Assembly: GCA_963753595.1 (NCBI GenBank)
Contig: CAVWCX010000037.1
Coordinates: 18,089-82,088 of the forward strand
Reading direction: 5' to 3'
From: Candidatus Methanoperedenaceae archaeon
GTDB taxonomy: Archaea > Halobacteriota > Methanosarcinia > Methanosarcinales > Methanoperedenaceae
Length of the DNA stretch: 64,000 nucleotides
Both the position numbers and the translations under genes were made by a program. This document shows positions 40,176 through 49,470 of this stretch, piece by piece. Each line of letters starts with the position of its first letter. The first letter of the stretch is position 1. The notes below the pieces were generated by a model. That model was not told where the DNA came from. It did no database searches and saw only the letters and a program-made list of their open reading frames with translations.

Positions 40176-40418
40176 TTACTTTTCAGCTATTACTTCGCGG
40201 ATTACTTCTTTGAGGGAATCCCTGAGTTTGCTTTCAGGATTTGAAATTTCATCTTCGATTATATCCAGTACAAGATCAAATCCTCCAGGGCTTGATACGA
40301 TATAATCCTGGACTACAGTATCCATTTTTTCACAGCAGTCGATACATAGATCAACGCCTTCAATTTCAGCGTCGTTAACGGGTTCAAGAGCAGTATGACA
40401 TAAGAAACATTCACTCAT
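40176..40418 (-). CDS. Small acidic Zn-finger-like protein
   Basis: CFLC...CIDC; AGGTGA SD. Confidence 0.7.
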   Translation of the reverse strand: MSECFLCHTALEPVNDAEIEGVDLCIDCCEKMDTVVQDYIVSSPGGFDLVLDIIEDEISNPESKLRDSLKEVIREVIAEK

Positions 40419-40498
40419 AACATCACCTGCGCCGTAAATGAATCTAACATCATATCAATGTTATGCATGAGAAATCCTTAAAGTTCAGGAGGTTTATT

Positions 40499-40879
40499 AT
40501 GGCGCTCATGGCAAAAGTAGAAGTCGTGATGGATGAAAAAGCACTCCTCGCCAGGCATATGCTTAACTTCAAGCTTGTAAAATTATCCTGGGCGTTGTTT
40601 TTTATTCTTATCGGAGGAAGCTGGATACTTGAAAGCCTCAAGAAGATAGACAACACACAAAAATAGGGAATTATTTATGCAGGATGCGGCGCAATCCTTC
40701 TTTTGTTGAACATACTGCGGATCGCCTGGAAGATCAATATCAGTGATTTTACTACCTGGCTTGGCATAGTTGGATTAATATTAGGGATAGCGAAATATTT
40801 TAATTTTGAATTTGAAATATGGGCTACAATTATACTAATTTTTGGCATCAAAATGCTTTTGGGAGTGTTCAGGAAGTAG
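40499..40879 (+). pseudogene. Four-TM membrane protein interrupted by in-frame TAG (40664-40666)
   Basis: Frame continues for 70 hydrophobic codons after TAG; AGGAGG SD at the start. Confidence 0.7.
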
Positions 40880-40938
40880 ATTTATACGGCTTTTTCTTAC
40901 GATACCTTAAAATCCTATAAAAAACATTAGTACCTTTC

Positions 40939-41109
40939 ATGGCAAAAAAGAAAGAAGGCAGCGGCTTGATGTCTTCAGCTGGCTTAATGAGATACTACGA
41001 TTCGGAAGAGACAGCTGTATTGATCGAGCCAAAAACCGTTGTTACTATAGCAGTATTGTGTGGACTTGCAGTTCTTGTATTAAATGCATCATATGGTATC
41101 TGGCCGTAA
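40939..41109 (+). CDS. secG: Preprotein translocase Sec61-beta subunit
   Basis: GSGLMSSAGLMRYYD...IEPKTV signature; missed by ORF track (56 aa). Confidence 0.93.
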   Translation: MAKKKEGSGLMSSAGLMRYYDSEETAVLIEPKTVVTIAVLCGLAVLVLNASYGIWP

Positions 41110-41161
41110 TACAGATTCTCAATCATAATATTTTTTAACCATCACTTTCAATCAGGATAGC

Positions 41162-41977
41162 ATGAAGCTATTTGGCGTTCTTGGCGATCCTGTATCGCAC
41201 AGTCTTTCACCCGCAATGCAAAATGCGGCATTTAAAGCACTTGGTATGGACTGCGAATATCATGCGTTCAGGGTAAACAAGGATTCCCTTCATGATGCGA
41301 TCCATGGGGCCTGTGCACTCGGGTTTGGGGGCTTAAATCTTACAATTCCCCTGAAGGAGAAGGCTCTTGGAATAGTCAAGCCCACAGACCTTGCAAAACA
41401 TATTGGCGCGGTAAATACCGTTGATTTTAAAAATGGAATTATTGGTTATAACACTGACGGGCTTGGGGCCAAAATGGCACTCACCGAAAATGGCGTGAAG
41501 ATCAAAGGAAAAAATGTCCTGCTTCTGGGCGCCGGGGGAGCGGCAAGAGCGATCGCGTTCACACTTGCGGCAGAAGGAGCCAATGTGACCATCGCCAACA
41601 GGACGCCGGAAAGAGCAATATCCCTTGCAAAAGAGATTGAAAGTGCTGGAAAAATAAGCGCGTCAAGTCTAATGGATCTTAAAAATCTTATCAAGAACAG
41701 TGATATTCTTATAAATTCAACTGCTGTCGGCATGTCTCCCGGAGTTTTAGAAACCCCTGTGACCTCAGACATAATGCACAGTGACCTTGTTGTTTTTGAT
41801 ATTGTCTATAACCCCCTCAATACACGATTGCTCCAGGAAGCAAAAACAGCTGGAGCAAAAACAATAGATGGCGTGAAGATGCTTGTGTACCAGGGAGCAG
41901 AGGCGTTTAAGATATGGACTGGCAAGACACCGCCTGTTGATATAATGGAAAAAGCTGTGAGGGAAAGACTGATATGA
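41162..41977 (+). CDS. aroE: Shikimate dehydrogenase
   Basis: HSLSP, NLTIPLK, GAVNT, GYNTDG, GAGGAARA, DIVYNP. Confidence 0.96.
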   Translation: MKLFGVLGDPVSHSLSPAMQNAAFKALGMDCEYHAFRVNKDSLHDAIHGACALGFGGLNLTIPLKEKALGIVKPTDLAKHIGAVNTVDFKNGIIGYNTDGLGAKMALTENGVKIKGKNVLLLGAGGAARAIAFTLAAEGANVTIANRTPERAISLAKEIESAGKISASSLMDLKNLIKNSDILINSTAVGMSPGVLETPVTSDIMHSDLVVFDIVYNPLNTRLLQEAKTAGAKTIDGVKMLVYQGAEAFKIWTGKTPPVDIMEKAVRERLI

Positions 41978-43275
41978 AAATACTGATAATCGGGGGAACT
42001 GGAGAAACAGGCCAGTGGTTTGCGAAGTTTTATAAAAAACACGGGTTTGATGTTGCCATATGGGGCATCAATAAGAAAAAAGAGGTTGCACAGGAGTTAG
42101 GTGTAGTTTTTGCGGATGACCTTGACAATGAAATAAAATCAAGTGATATCGTCATGATATCTGTCCCGATAAATATCACTGAAAAAACGATTTCGGATAT
42201 TGCTCCAAAAATGCCTGCGGGAAGTCTTCTCATGGATATCACTTCTATAAAAACAGGCCCTATGGAAGCGATGATAAAGTATGCACCAGGCGACGTTGAG
42301 ATACTTGGATCGCATCCAATGTTCGGCCCCTCTCTCCCTGATATAAGGGGACAGATCGTGATATTCACGCCTGTTAATGGACGGAGTTCAAAATGGTTCC
42401 CTCAAATAAAAAGCCTGTATGAGGATAATGGCGCGCATATAGAGATATTGGATGCGCTTGAGCACGACAGGATGATGTCGGTTGTCCAGGGTCTTACGCA
42501 TTTTGCTTATATTACCATAGGAACGGTTTTCAGGCAACTTGAATTTGATGTTGCAAAATCACGCAGGTTCATGAGCCCCATGTATGATATCATGCTTGAC
42601 CTCGTGGGGCGGATCCTTGCCCAAAACCCATACCTGTATGCCATGATACAGATGAATCCCGAGGTGGCAAAAGTGCATAAGGCTTACATCGACCAGTGCA
42701 ACCAGATAGCTGAAATGGTACAAAGGAAAGATATTGAGGGTTTTGTGAGTCTTATGAAAAAAGCGGCTGTACATTTTGGGGATACAGAATCAGCACTCAG
42801 GCGCTCGGATAAGCTAATTGGCACAAAAATTGCTGAGCATGAGGAACTTGTTCGTTCCATAGGGGGCGAGCGCGCAATCAAGCACATTTATTCAGGTATT
42901 ATTCATATAGGGATTGTCAAAAAAGTCACTCCCCGGACCGTTATCCTGGAACGGGGCGGGAAAAAGATCGAATTCCTGATCGAGAACGTCAGACTATTAA
43001 ATGAAAAGGAATTATATTCCTGGAAATCAGCAAATTTATTAAATGTGACTCGTGATGTCTCAGTTTATATTCCAGCCGCTTCCGACGCAGAGATCATAAA
43101 AAGCGTCATCGTAAGCAGGGAAGGGATCGTATCTGTGCAAATCATAGATATTTATAACAAGCAACAAACACAAAGTGTTACATACAGGCTCACAATATTT
43201 GGCGATCGTGATGCAGCTGTTGTGCAAGGAAATGTTGAGAAACTTCTCAAGGGCATAGGCTGTAATATCAGGTAA
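41974..43275 (+). CDS. tyrA: Prephenate dehydrogenase
   Basis: IIGGTG, DITSIK, HPMFGP, EHDRMMSVVQGLTH. Confidence 0.93.
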   Translation: MKILIIGGTGETGQWFAKFYKKHGFDVAIWGINKKKEVAQELGVVFADDLDNEIKSSDIVMISVPINITEKTISDIAPKMPAGSLLMDITSIKTGPMEAMIKYAPGDVEILGSHPMFGPSLPDIRGQIVIFTPVNGRSSKWFPQIKSLYEDNGAHIEILDALEHDRMMSVVQGLTHFAYITIGTVFRQLEFDVAKSRRFMSPMYDIMLDLVGRILAQNPYLYAMIQMNPEVAKVHKAYIDQCNQIAEMVQRKDIEGFVSLMKKAAVHFGDTESALRRSDKLIGTKIAEHEELVRSIGGERAIKHIYSGIIHIGIVKKVTPRTVILERGGKKIEFLIENVRLLNEKELYSWKSANLLNVTRDVSVYIPAASDAEIIKSVIVSREGIVSVQIIDIYNKQQTQSVTYRLTIFGDRDAAVVQGNVEKLLKGIGCNIR

Positions 43276-43323
43276 GATTTAATATTGATGAAGGCACGCA
43301 ACAGAGAAAGAAGGTGAATTAAA

Positions 43324-43563
43324 ATGGTAGAAAAGACAACAGTCAGGCCAAAGATCCAGGATTTAAAAATAGGGGATGTCCTGCATGTGGGAACAGAAGA
43401 GAAAGGGGAGATATTTAAAGTCACAAAACTGGGTGAAAATACTTTCATTTACGACCAGGGCGGCGACCTCAAGGAATATGGCAGGGCAGTAATGGCTAAA
43501 AACATCTTCGGTTTTGCGGAGAAGTACAAGGCGATTTACTGGATAACGAGAGAGGATGAATAA
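43324..43563 (+). CDS. Small hypothetical protein
   Basis: AGGTGA SD, 79 aa beta-rich sequence. Confidence 0.72.
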   Translation: MVEKTTVRPKIQDLKIGDVLHVGTEEKGEIFKVTKLGENTFIYDQGGDLKEYGRAVMAKNIFGFAEKYKAIYWITREDE

Positions 43564-43612
43564 AGAATAAAGGGAGTGTAATCAGTGAGTGTAGGGAGTG
43601 TAATCAATTTTG

Positions 43613-45331
43613 CTATTTGTTTATTTTCTCCAATAATTCCAGGATACGTTGGCTACCTTTCATTTTATCCTGAAGAATTTTCATATTCCCTTCATTTGAA
43701 CATTGTTCTTTAAGTTGACTGAGGTCATTGATCGGGATATCTCTGATTTTATTTGTGTCTTCCACTCTCCAGCCTGGAATCATTAATTTTTTCAGGTCTA
43801 TATGCAAGCTCAATATAACTTGAAATTCATCCTCAGTCTTGCAAATTTCATTCAATTTTTTTAAATCTTCTAGAGAAAGGAGCTTGAAGTCTTCTGATTT
43901 TGCAAGTTCTTTTGCTTTAATTTGTTTTTGTTTAAATATATTTGAAATTTTCGTATTTTCAGTAGATACTTCCATTTTCCAATCAATTGAATCAATATCA
44001 ACATTTGCAAAATCTTTTATTGAATAGACCTTAGCTTTATCGACTAGCAACTTCAATTCGGATGGGGTCAAACTTAAAATTTCTTTTAATCTATTTATTT
44101 CATCATGTTGCTCTTTAGCTTTTTCAACAATATAGCAGAAATACTCTTTGGTTATCCAGTCTGGATTTTTCAATAGTTCAAAATCAGCGACTTTAAGTTG
44201 TTCCACTGATTTTATATTTTTAATATACAATTCAAAAGCGCTATCTTCCTCGACATCAAGTCGGCTCACAAGCTCGAGTTTTTCAATTTTATATTTTTCT
44301 CTCTCCTTGAATTCTTTCACCAGATCATCAGGTAATAACCCCTGAACGGATTTATATAACCTCTCTTCAATAGTTTTGGTAAACATGCCAGTGAAAAAGG
44401 AAAATAAAAGGACAAACCATTGATTTTTTATCTGGGCTGCATCAAGTAAAACATAAGTTCCTAAAATGGCAATATAAGGAGCAATAGTAATTCTTCGAAT
44501 ATATCCCCAGATGATTTTTTTCTTTAAGTGTTTGGGTAATGCCTGACTAAAAATTTCCTCAATGCTCAATAACAAATAAGACAGGATGCCTATTAATGCA
44601 GCAATTGGAATGTATACGGAAAAGCGAAGGCTATCAGAGAATAAAATAAATTCTTTTCCATTGTAAAGCAAATAATAAAGTACAGTGGGCCATGCCAATA
44701 AGGATAAAACAATTAAAGAATCTCGTGCATTCTTTTCTAAAGAGGGAGGATTTATAATTACAAGTGCCAGATATACAATCAAGGCTATAATAATTAACCA
44801 AAAAAGGCCGAGTAAATAAAAAATTAATGCGCTGACCAGTATTAATATTAAAAAATATTTCTCTTCCTTTTCTGATCTATTGGAACTAAATCTATTGTTA
44901 TAAAACCGAATGGACCAGTTAATAAATATTAGAAATCCAATCACTCCTGGAATTAAAATAGGCAAAAATCCCGTGTCTTTTTGGTTTTTTAGTGGATTTA
45001 AAGTAAATTTTAGTTTATAATCAAGAATATCTGGTGAAATAGTTATGTTCTTCGATAATGGTTCATAGTTTTCAGCCGTAATCTTGAAAGTATATGTCTG
45101 ATTTTGTTCACCTTGAAAAGTTGCTGTCCCGTTTTCATTTGTATAAAAATATGAACTTGAGGCATTAGAGGCATTAAAGAATAAAACCTCTATTGTTGCT
45201 TCTTTGACCGGCAAATTATTAGTGCCGTTCACTTCGATCTGAATTGTGGTGCTGGTAATTCCATAAGAGGGCTGAATGAATGAAGAGAATAAAATTAAAA
45301 AAACCAAGCCGACATTAAACCACCATCTCAT
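43613..45331 (-). CDS. AT-rich hypothetical membrane protein (carboxypeptidase-regulatory-like domain, TM bundle, HhH-like C-terminus)
   Basis: PVKEATIEV, YTNENG.A.F, YTFKITAENY; several TMs; acidic helical tail. Confidence 0.65.
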   Translation of the reverse strand: MRWWFNVGLVFLILFSSFIQPSYGITSTTIQIEVNGTNNLPVKEATIEVLFFNASNASSSYFYTNENGTATFQGEQNQTYTFKITAENYEPLSKNITISPDILDYKLKFTLNPLKNQKDTGFLPILIPGVIGFLIFINWSIRFYNNRFSSNRSEKEEKYFLILILVSALIFYLLGLFWLIIIALIVYLALVIINPPSLEKNARDSLIVLSLLAWPTVLYYLLYNGKEFILFSDSLRFSVYIPIAALIGILSYLLLSIEEIFSQALPKHLKKKIIWGYIRRITIAPYIAILGTYVLLDAAQIKNQWFVLLFSFFTGMFTKTIEERLYKSVQGLLPDDLVKEFKEREKYKIEKLELVSRLDVEEDSAFELYIKNIKSVEQLKVADFELLKNPDWITKEYFCYIVEKAKEQHDEINRLKEILSLTPSELKLLVDKAKVYSIKDFANVDIDSIDWKMEVSTENTKISNIFKQKQIKAKELAKSEDFKLLSLEDLKKLNEICKTEDEFQVILSLHIDLKKLMIPGWRVEDTNKIRDIPINDLSQLKEQCSNEGNMKILQDKMKGSQRILELLEKINK

Positions 45332-45407
45332 GATAATTACTTTCTAAATAATCGTATTTAAAGTTATCGACTATTTAAAAAAATGTACACAAAAAATAAT
45401 TCACTTA

Positions 45408-45482
45408 TAGCGGGGAATGGATTCGAACCATTGATCTACGGGTTATGAGCCCGTCGGGATATCCTGACTACCCTACCCCGCT
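45408..45482 (-). tRNA. Initiator tRNA-Met (CAT)
   Basis: AGCGGGG...CCCCGCT-A cloverleaf, A1-U72, GGG/CCC anticodon stem, CAT anticodon, GTTCGAATC; CCA not encoded. Confidence 0.96.
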
Positions 45483-45687
45483 CTGGAGTAAAAATAGTAT
45501 CTCCTCATAGTTGACGATGAAAGATAAAGTCTTCGGTATGGGATTGCTGATTTTATATGTTTAACAATTATTATGCGTGAGTGATTTACCTTAGTGATTA
45601 CATGTTAACAAAAGGATTAATAGAATAAAACTCTCTTTTATCTGTTCCACAACAAAGTAATTCAAGAAAAAAACATCAGGTAATCAC

Positions 45688-46929
45688 ATGGAAAAAGACA
45701 TCATAAAAGGCATAAAGAAAAACGTATTCGTGCTAGGCCTTGTGAGTTTTTTCACGGATATCAGCAGCGAGATGCTGTATCCAATTATCCCCATATTTCT
45801 CACTACAGTCCTTGCCGCGCCAATGTCAGTAGTAGGAGTGATCGAGGGCATTGCGGAAAGTACGGCAAGTATTCTGAAAGTGGTGTCAGGCTGGCTGTCA
45901 GATAGATCGGGAAAAAGAAAACCGTATGTGATTTACGGGTACAGCCTTTCAACCATCTCAAAACCTCTCCTTGCTTTTGCAGCTACCTGGCATTTCGTCC
46001 TTACCGCAAGGTTTCTTGACAGGTTCGGAAAAGGACTTCGCTCATCGGCAAGGGATGCACTCATTGCGGATTCTACCGATGCGCAATACCGCGGGAAGGC
46101 TTTTGGCTTTCACCGGGGGCTTGACACTGTGGGAGCTGTCATCGGGCCTCTTATTGCCCTATTGTTTTTGTATTTTTTTGACGGGAATTACAGGCTCATT
46201 TTCCTTATCGCTTTCATACCTGCCTTAATTAGTGTTGTTCTTTTGTTCCTCTTCGTTTCAGAGAAAAAAGGTGAGAAAAAGGATGGATTGCAGTTCAAAA
46301 TGTCTGATTTCAGCCGGGAATTTAAGATTTTTCTTTTAATTACGATCGTCTTCGCACTTGGCAATTCAAGCAATGCATTCTTGATATTGAGGGCTAAGAA
46401 CATCTTTGAGATTTCAGGGGGCATTCCCTCAATAATTACCTCGACCTTTGGTTCAATAGCAGTTATTGCAATAGTGGTATTGACCTATGTTGTCTATAAT
46501 ATCACTTATTCCCTTTCTTCCATGCCTGCCGGGATGCTTTCGGATAAGATAGGGCGCCGGAATGTAATGGTTGGCGGATACCTGATATTTTCCCTGGTTT
46601 ACCTGGGTTTTGGTCTGGCAAATGAAGGATACCAGATATGGATATTGTTCGCTATCTATGGTTTTTACATGGCGATGACAGAAAGTGTGAGCAAGGCTTT
46701 TGTGGTTGATATGGTGTCCCCTGAAAAACGGGGAACAGCAATAGGTTTGTATTATACGGCAACCGGACTTCTTGCTCTTGCTTCAAGCATCATTGCGGGA
46801 CTTCTCTGGGATATGGTCGGAGTAAGCGCACCGTTTTTGTTCGGGAGCGCTGTTGCCCTTTTAGCTGCAGTGATGATGGTGGTCTTGCTTCCAAGATTTA
46901 ACCAGGAAATCACTGGTTATATTAAATAG
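45688..46929 (+). CDS. MFS transporter
   Basis: SFFTDISSEM, GWLSDRSGKRK, RFLDRFGKGLR..RDALIA. Confidence 0.9.
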   Translation: MEKDIIKGIKKNVFVLGLVSFFTDISSEMLYPIIPIFLTTVLAAPMSVVGVIEGIAESTASILKVVSGWLSDRSGKRKPYVIYGYSLSTISKPLLAFAATWHFVLTARFLDRFGKGLRSSARDALIADSTDAQYRGKAFGFHRGLDTVGAVIGPLIALLFLYFFDGNYRLIFLIAFIPALISVVLLFLFVSEKKGEKKDGLQFKMSDFSREFKIFLLITIVFALGNSSNAFLILRAKNIFEISGGIPSIITSTFGSIAVIAIVVLTYVVYNITYSLSSMPAGMLSDKIGRRNVMVGGYLIFSLVYLGFGLANEGYQIWILFAIYGFYMAMTESVSKAFVVDMVSPEKRGTAIGLYYTATGLLALASSIIAGLLWDMVGVSAPFLFGSAVALLAAVMMVVLLPRFNQEITGYIK

Positions 46930-46965
46930 TTGATACATTTATAAACAAAGTGGATATTTTTTATT

Positions 46966-47844
46966 ATGAATATTGCAAAACTCGCATTCCTCCTGGTAAT
47001 ACTTGTTACCTCAGCGCACGCACAGGAAGAGTTTGATGAGGAGCAAATTGCTTTAACAGGATACGTTGATAATTCAGGAAAATTATTGTTGGTGGGTTTT
47101 TCCACAACTGATTCACATTATTATATGCCTTTCCTGGAAACTGCACAGTATATCTATGATAATAAAACAAACCAGATTTATGCCATCACGGATATGCTGA
47201 CATCAAAGATTGCAGATAGCTGGTCGCTCAACCTTTCCCTTGAAGGCTATTATTCAGATTACTCGGTTGCTTTTTATTTCCCACCAGGTTCTGAGGTAAG
47301 AGGGTTTGAAGTATCTCCAGGACTGAATTACCAGCTTCAGGTCAGAAACGACTCAATTTTCATATCGACCCAGGGATACAGGATATCTTCACCTTATATT
47401 AAGATCGATTACAGGCAAACGATTGGAGTGCAGGCACAACCAGAAAGCACCTCAGGACTCTGGGAGTATGTGCCTTATTTTGTGATCATTATTCTAATTT
47501 CTGCTATTATGTTCTCATTCATTCGAAAAACCAAACTAGGTGTATCTTCTGACATTAAAGTTCAAGAGTCACCTATCGAAAGGAAAGAAATTATTGTCAC
47601 ACCCGGGATGCAAAAAGTCATTGAAACTCTTTCTGACAATGAGAAAGCGATAATAAACTTGATGTTGAAGAATGGAGGCAAAGCCACACAGGCAGATATC
47701 AGATATGAGATAGCAATCCCAAAATCTTCACTCAGTGGAATAATAAACGTTCTTAAGAGGAAAAACTTAATAAAAAAGCGCGAATACGGAAGGACGAACC
47801 TTCTCGAACTTTCCGAATGGTTTTTATCTGAAAAGGAGGTATAA
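46966..47844 (+). CDS. Membrane-anchored wHTH transcriptional regulator
   Basis: Signal peptide, extracellular domain, TM, then GGKATQADIR..IAIPKSSLSGII..LKRKNLI...YGRTN. Confidence 0.78.
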   Translation: MNIAKLAFLLVILVTSAHAQEEFDEEQIALTGYVDNSGKLLLVGFSTTDSHYYMPFLETAQYIYDNKTNQIYAITDMLTSKIADSWSLNLSLEGYYSDYSVAFYFPPGSEVRGFEVSPGLNYQLQVRNDSIFISTQGYRISSPYIKIDYRQTIGVQAQPESTSGLWEYVPYFVIIILISAIMFSFIRKTKLGVSSDIKVQESPIERKEIIVTPGMQKVIETLSDNEKAIINLMLKNGGKATQADIRYEIAIPKSSLSGIINVLKRKNLIKKREYGRTNLLELSEWFLSEKEV

Positions 47845-47964
47845 ATATTTTTATTTTATATTTACGTTCGTGATCGGAGTTAAGCATCGTTCAGTGCAAG
47901 TGGGTTATGAGAAGGCTCGAATCGGGTTTTGGGTCAACTCAAATAAAGAAAAGAGGTGAAAGAA

Positions 47965-48291
47965 ATGAGAAAAAGCATATATTACGGATTGTCAGTTCTT
48001 TTGATACTGGCAGTAATAGGCATAGTATCAGCAGCAGAAAATGATTCAACTGCTGTGAAAACATATGCAGGGCCTGCATATCCTGGCCCTGGTTTTGTCG
48101 ACGCGGATGGAGACGGAATTTGCGACAATATGATTGATGAGAACGGTGATGGAATCAATGATCAGCGCGGATACAGGGGCGCAGGCCATATGGGTAAAGG
48201 CGCCGGTTTTGTCGACTCGGATGGCGATGGAATTTGTGACCATCTGACGGATGATGGTATGAAGTACAGACGCGGCGGACGAAACAAATAA
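47965..48291 (+). CDS. Small secreted protein with DxDxDG Ca-binding-like repeats
   Basis: Signal peptide; GFVDADGDGICD, DENGDGIND, GFVDSDGDGICD. Confidence 0.75.
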   Translation: MRKSIYYGLSVLLILAVIGIVSAAENDSTAVKTYAGPAYPGPGFVDADGDGICDNMIDENGDGINDQRGYRGAGHMGKGAGFVDSDGDGICDHLTDDGMKYRRGGRNK

Positions 48292-48349
48292 ATGAATAAA
48301 AGGGTTATCCCTTTTATTTTTTTTATTAATGAATAACAAGGTGATCGAA

Positions 48350-48949
48350 ATGAAAATAAAATATATAATCCCAATATTGTTAATTGCCATAATATTGATC
48401 TCTTCGGTAGCATTTGCACAGCCATTCAGTAATGGTAAAATGGCTCAAAATGGTATGAACAGCCAAATGGGCCAGGTTTTTGGAATGGGAATGCCTTTTG
48501 CAGAGCCCATATTCACGGGACACGGTTTTGCACTTTTTGGGGATGAATATCACATCCTCCATGTCAACGTTATGAAAACAGCAGTTGTGCGTCCGGATTT
48601 TATTCTTTCCATGCTTTATGAGAACAGAACGCCACGGGAAATTGCACAATCAATCACTGGTATTCAAAAGGAGACACAGATCAGTGCACATATGAGATTT
48701 GCGGGTGAATTTTATGATCTTAATATAACAGGTTATGACAACAGTTCTCTAACAGGAGAAATTTTGCCATTACAGACAGATCCTGCCCCAGAAGTCCTGG
48801 GAAATATCTCTTTATCTATGTCCGATTATGAAGGTGAAATACTCTCGACAGGTACTCTGATAATGAACGGGAAAGACTATAAAGTGTTGATGACTTCCGT
48901 GTTTAATCCAGGCAGAGGTATGGGAAGGCGCGCAGGATTTCAGAATTAG
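48350..48949 (+). CDS. Secreted hypothetical protein
   Basis: Signal peptide, Met/Gly-rich N-terminal segment; GGTGA SD. Confidence 0.7.
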   Translation: MKIKYIIPILLIAIILISSVAFAQPFSNGKMAQNGMNSQMGQVFGMGMPFAEPIFTGHGFALFGDEYHILHVNVMKTAVVRPDFILSMLYENRTPREIAQSITGIQKETQISAHMRFAGEFYDLNITGYDNSSLTGEILPLQTDPAPEVLGNISLSMSDYEGEILSTGTLIMNGKDYKVLMTSVFNPGRGMGRRAGFQN

Positions 48950-49325
48950 GAATATTTGTATTGCAATGAATACCTCAGTTGCACATCAACATCAGCCGTA
49001 CCCATAGTTGATTGAATAATAATTCCCTCACCCTTTCTCGCAGTCACTTTACGGCTGAAGGCTCTTACCAGCTTACTTTCAGTTATGAATTGAAAATCCC
49101 GTTTTTCAGGAAGTTGTCATACTGCTCCCTGCCTGACACCAGGTAAATATCAATATAATCAGTCGAGCTGATATCGATAGATACAGGCACATCAAAATCA
49201 AATGGATACGAAGGGTCGTATAAATACATGAATGTCAGGTATCCGTGATCCAATTTTATATTTTGGTCATGCTCAAGCCCCGCGAAAACCATTATTGCAT
49301 AACAGTTCTTCTTTTCACAATATAC
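48946..49325 (-). pseudogene. Degraded hypothetical gene whose 5' region is hit by the IS605-derived insert
   Basis: Coding-like frames ...DIYLVSGREQYDNFLKNG and ESKLVRAFSRKVTARKGEGIIIQ... separated by a frameshift near 49083. Confidence 0.4.
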
Positions 49326-49470
49326 TTTGCGCGGGGTCAAGGGGTAGAGATCAGGTATCTGCGATATTAATCGAGAAAAGCCCAATCAGTACGGTAGGAA
49401 CTATCGGAATTAACGCCCGTCAAGGATATCTCAGCGGAGTATTAATGCAGCGGGACGCTCCGCGGCTTTA

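Noticed and set aside
43565-45482. Integrated element with att sites at tRNA-iMet
   Set aside because: No duplicate of the tRNA 3' end and no integrase visible
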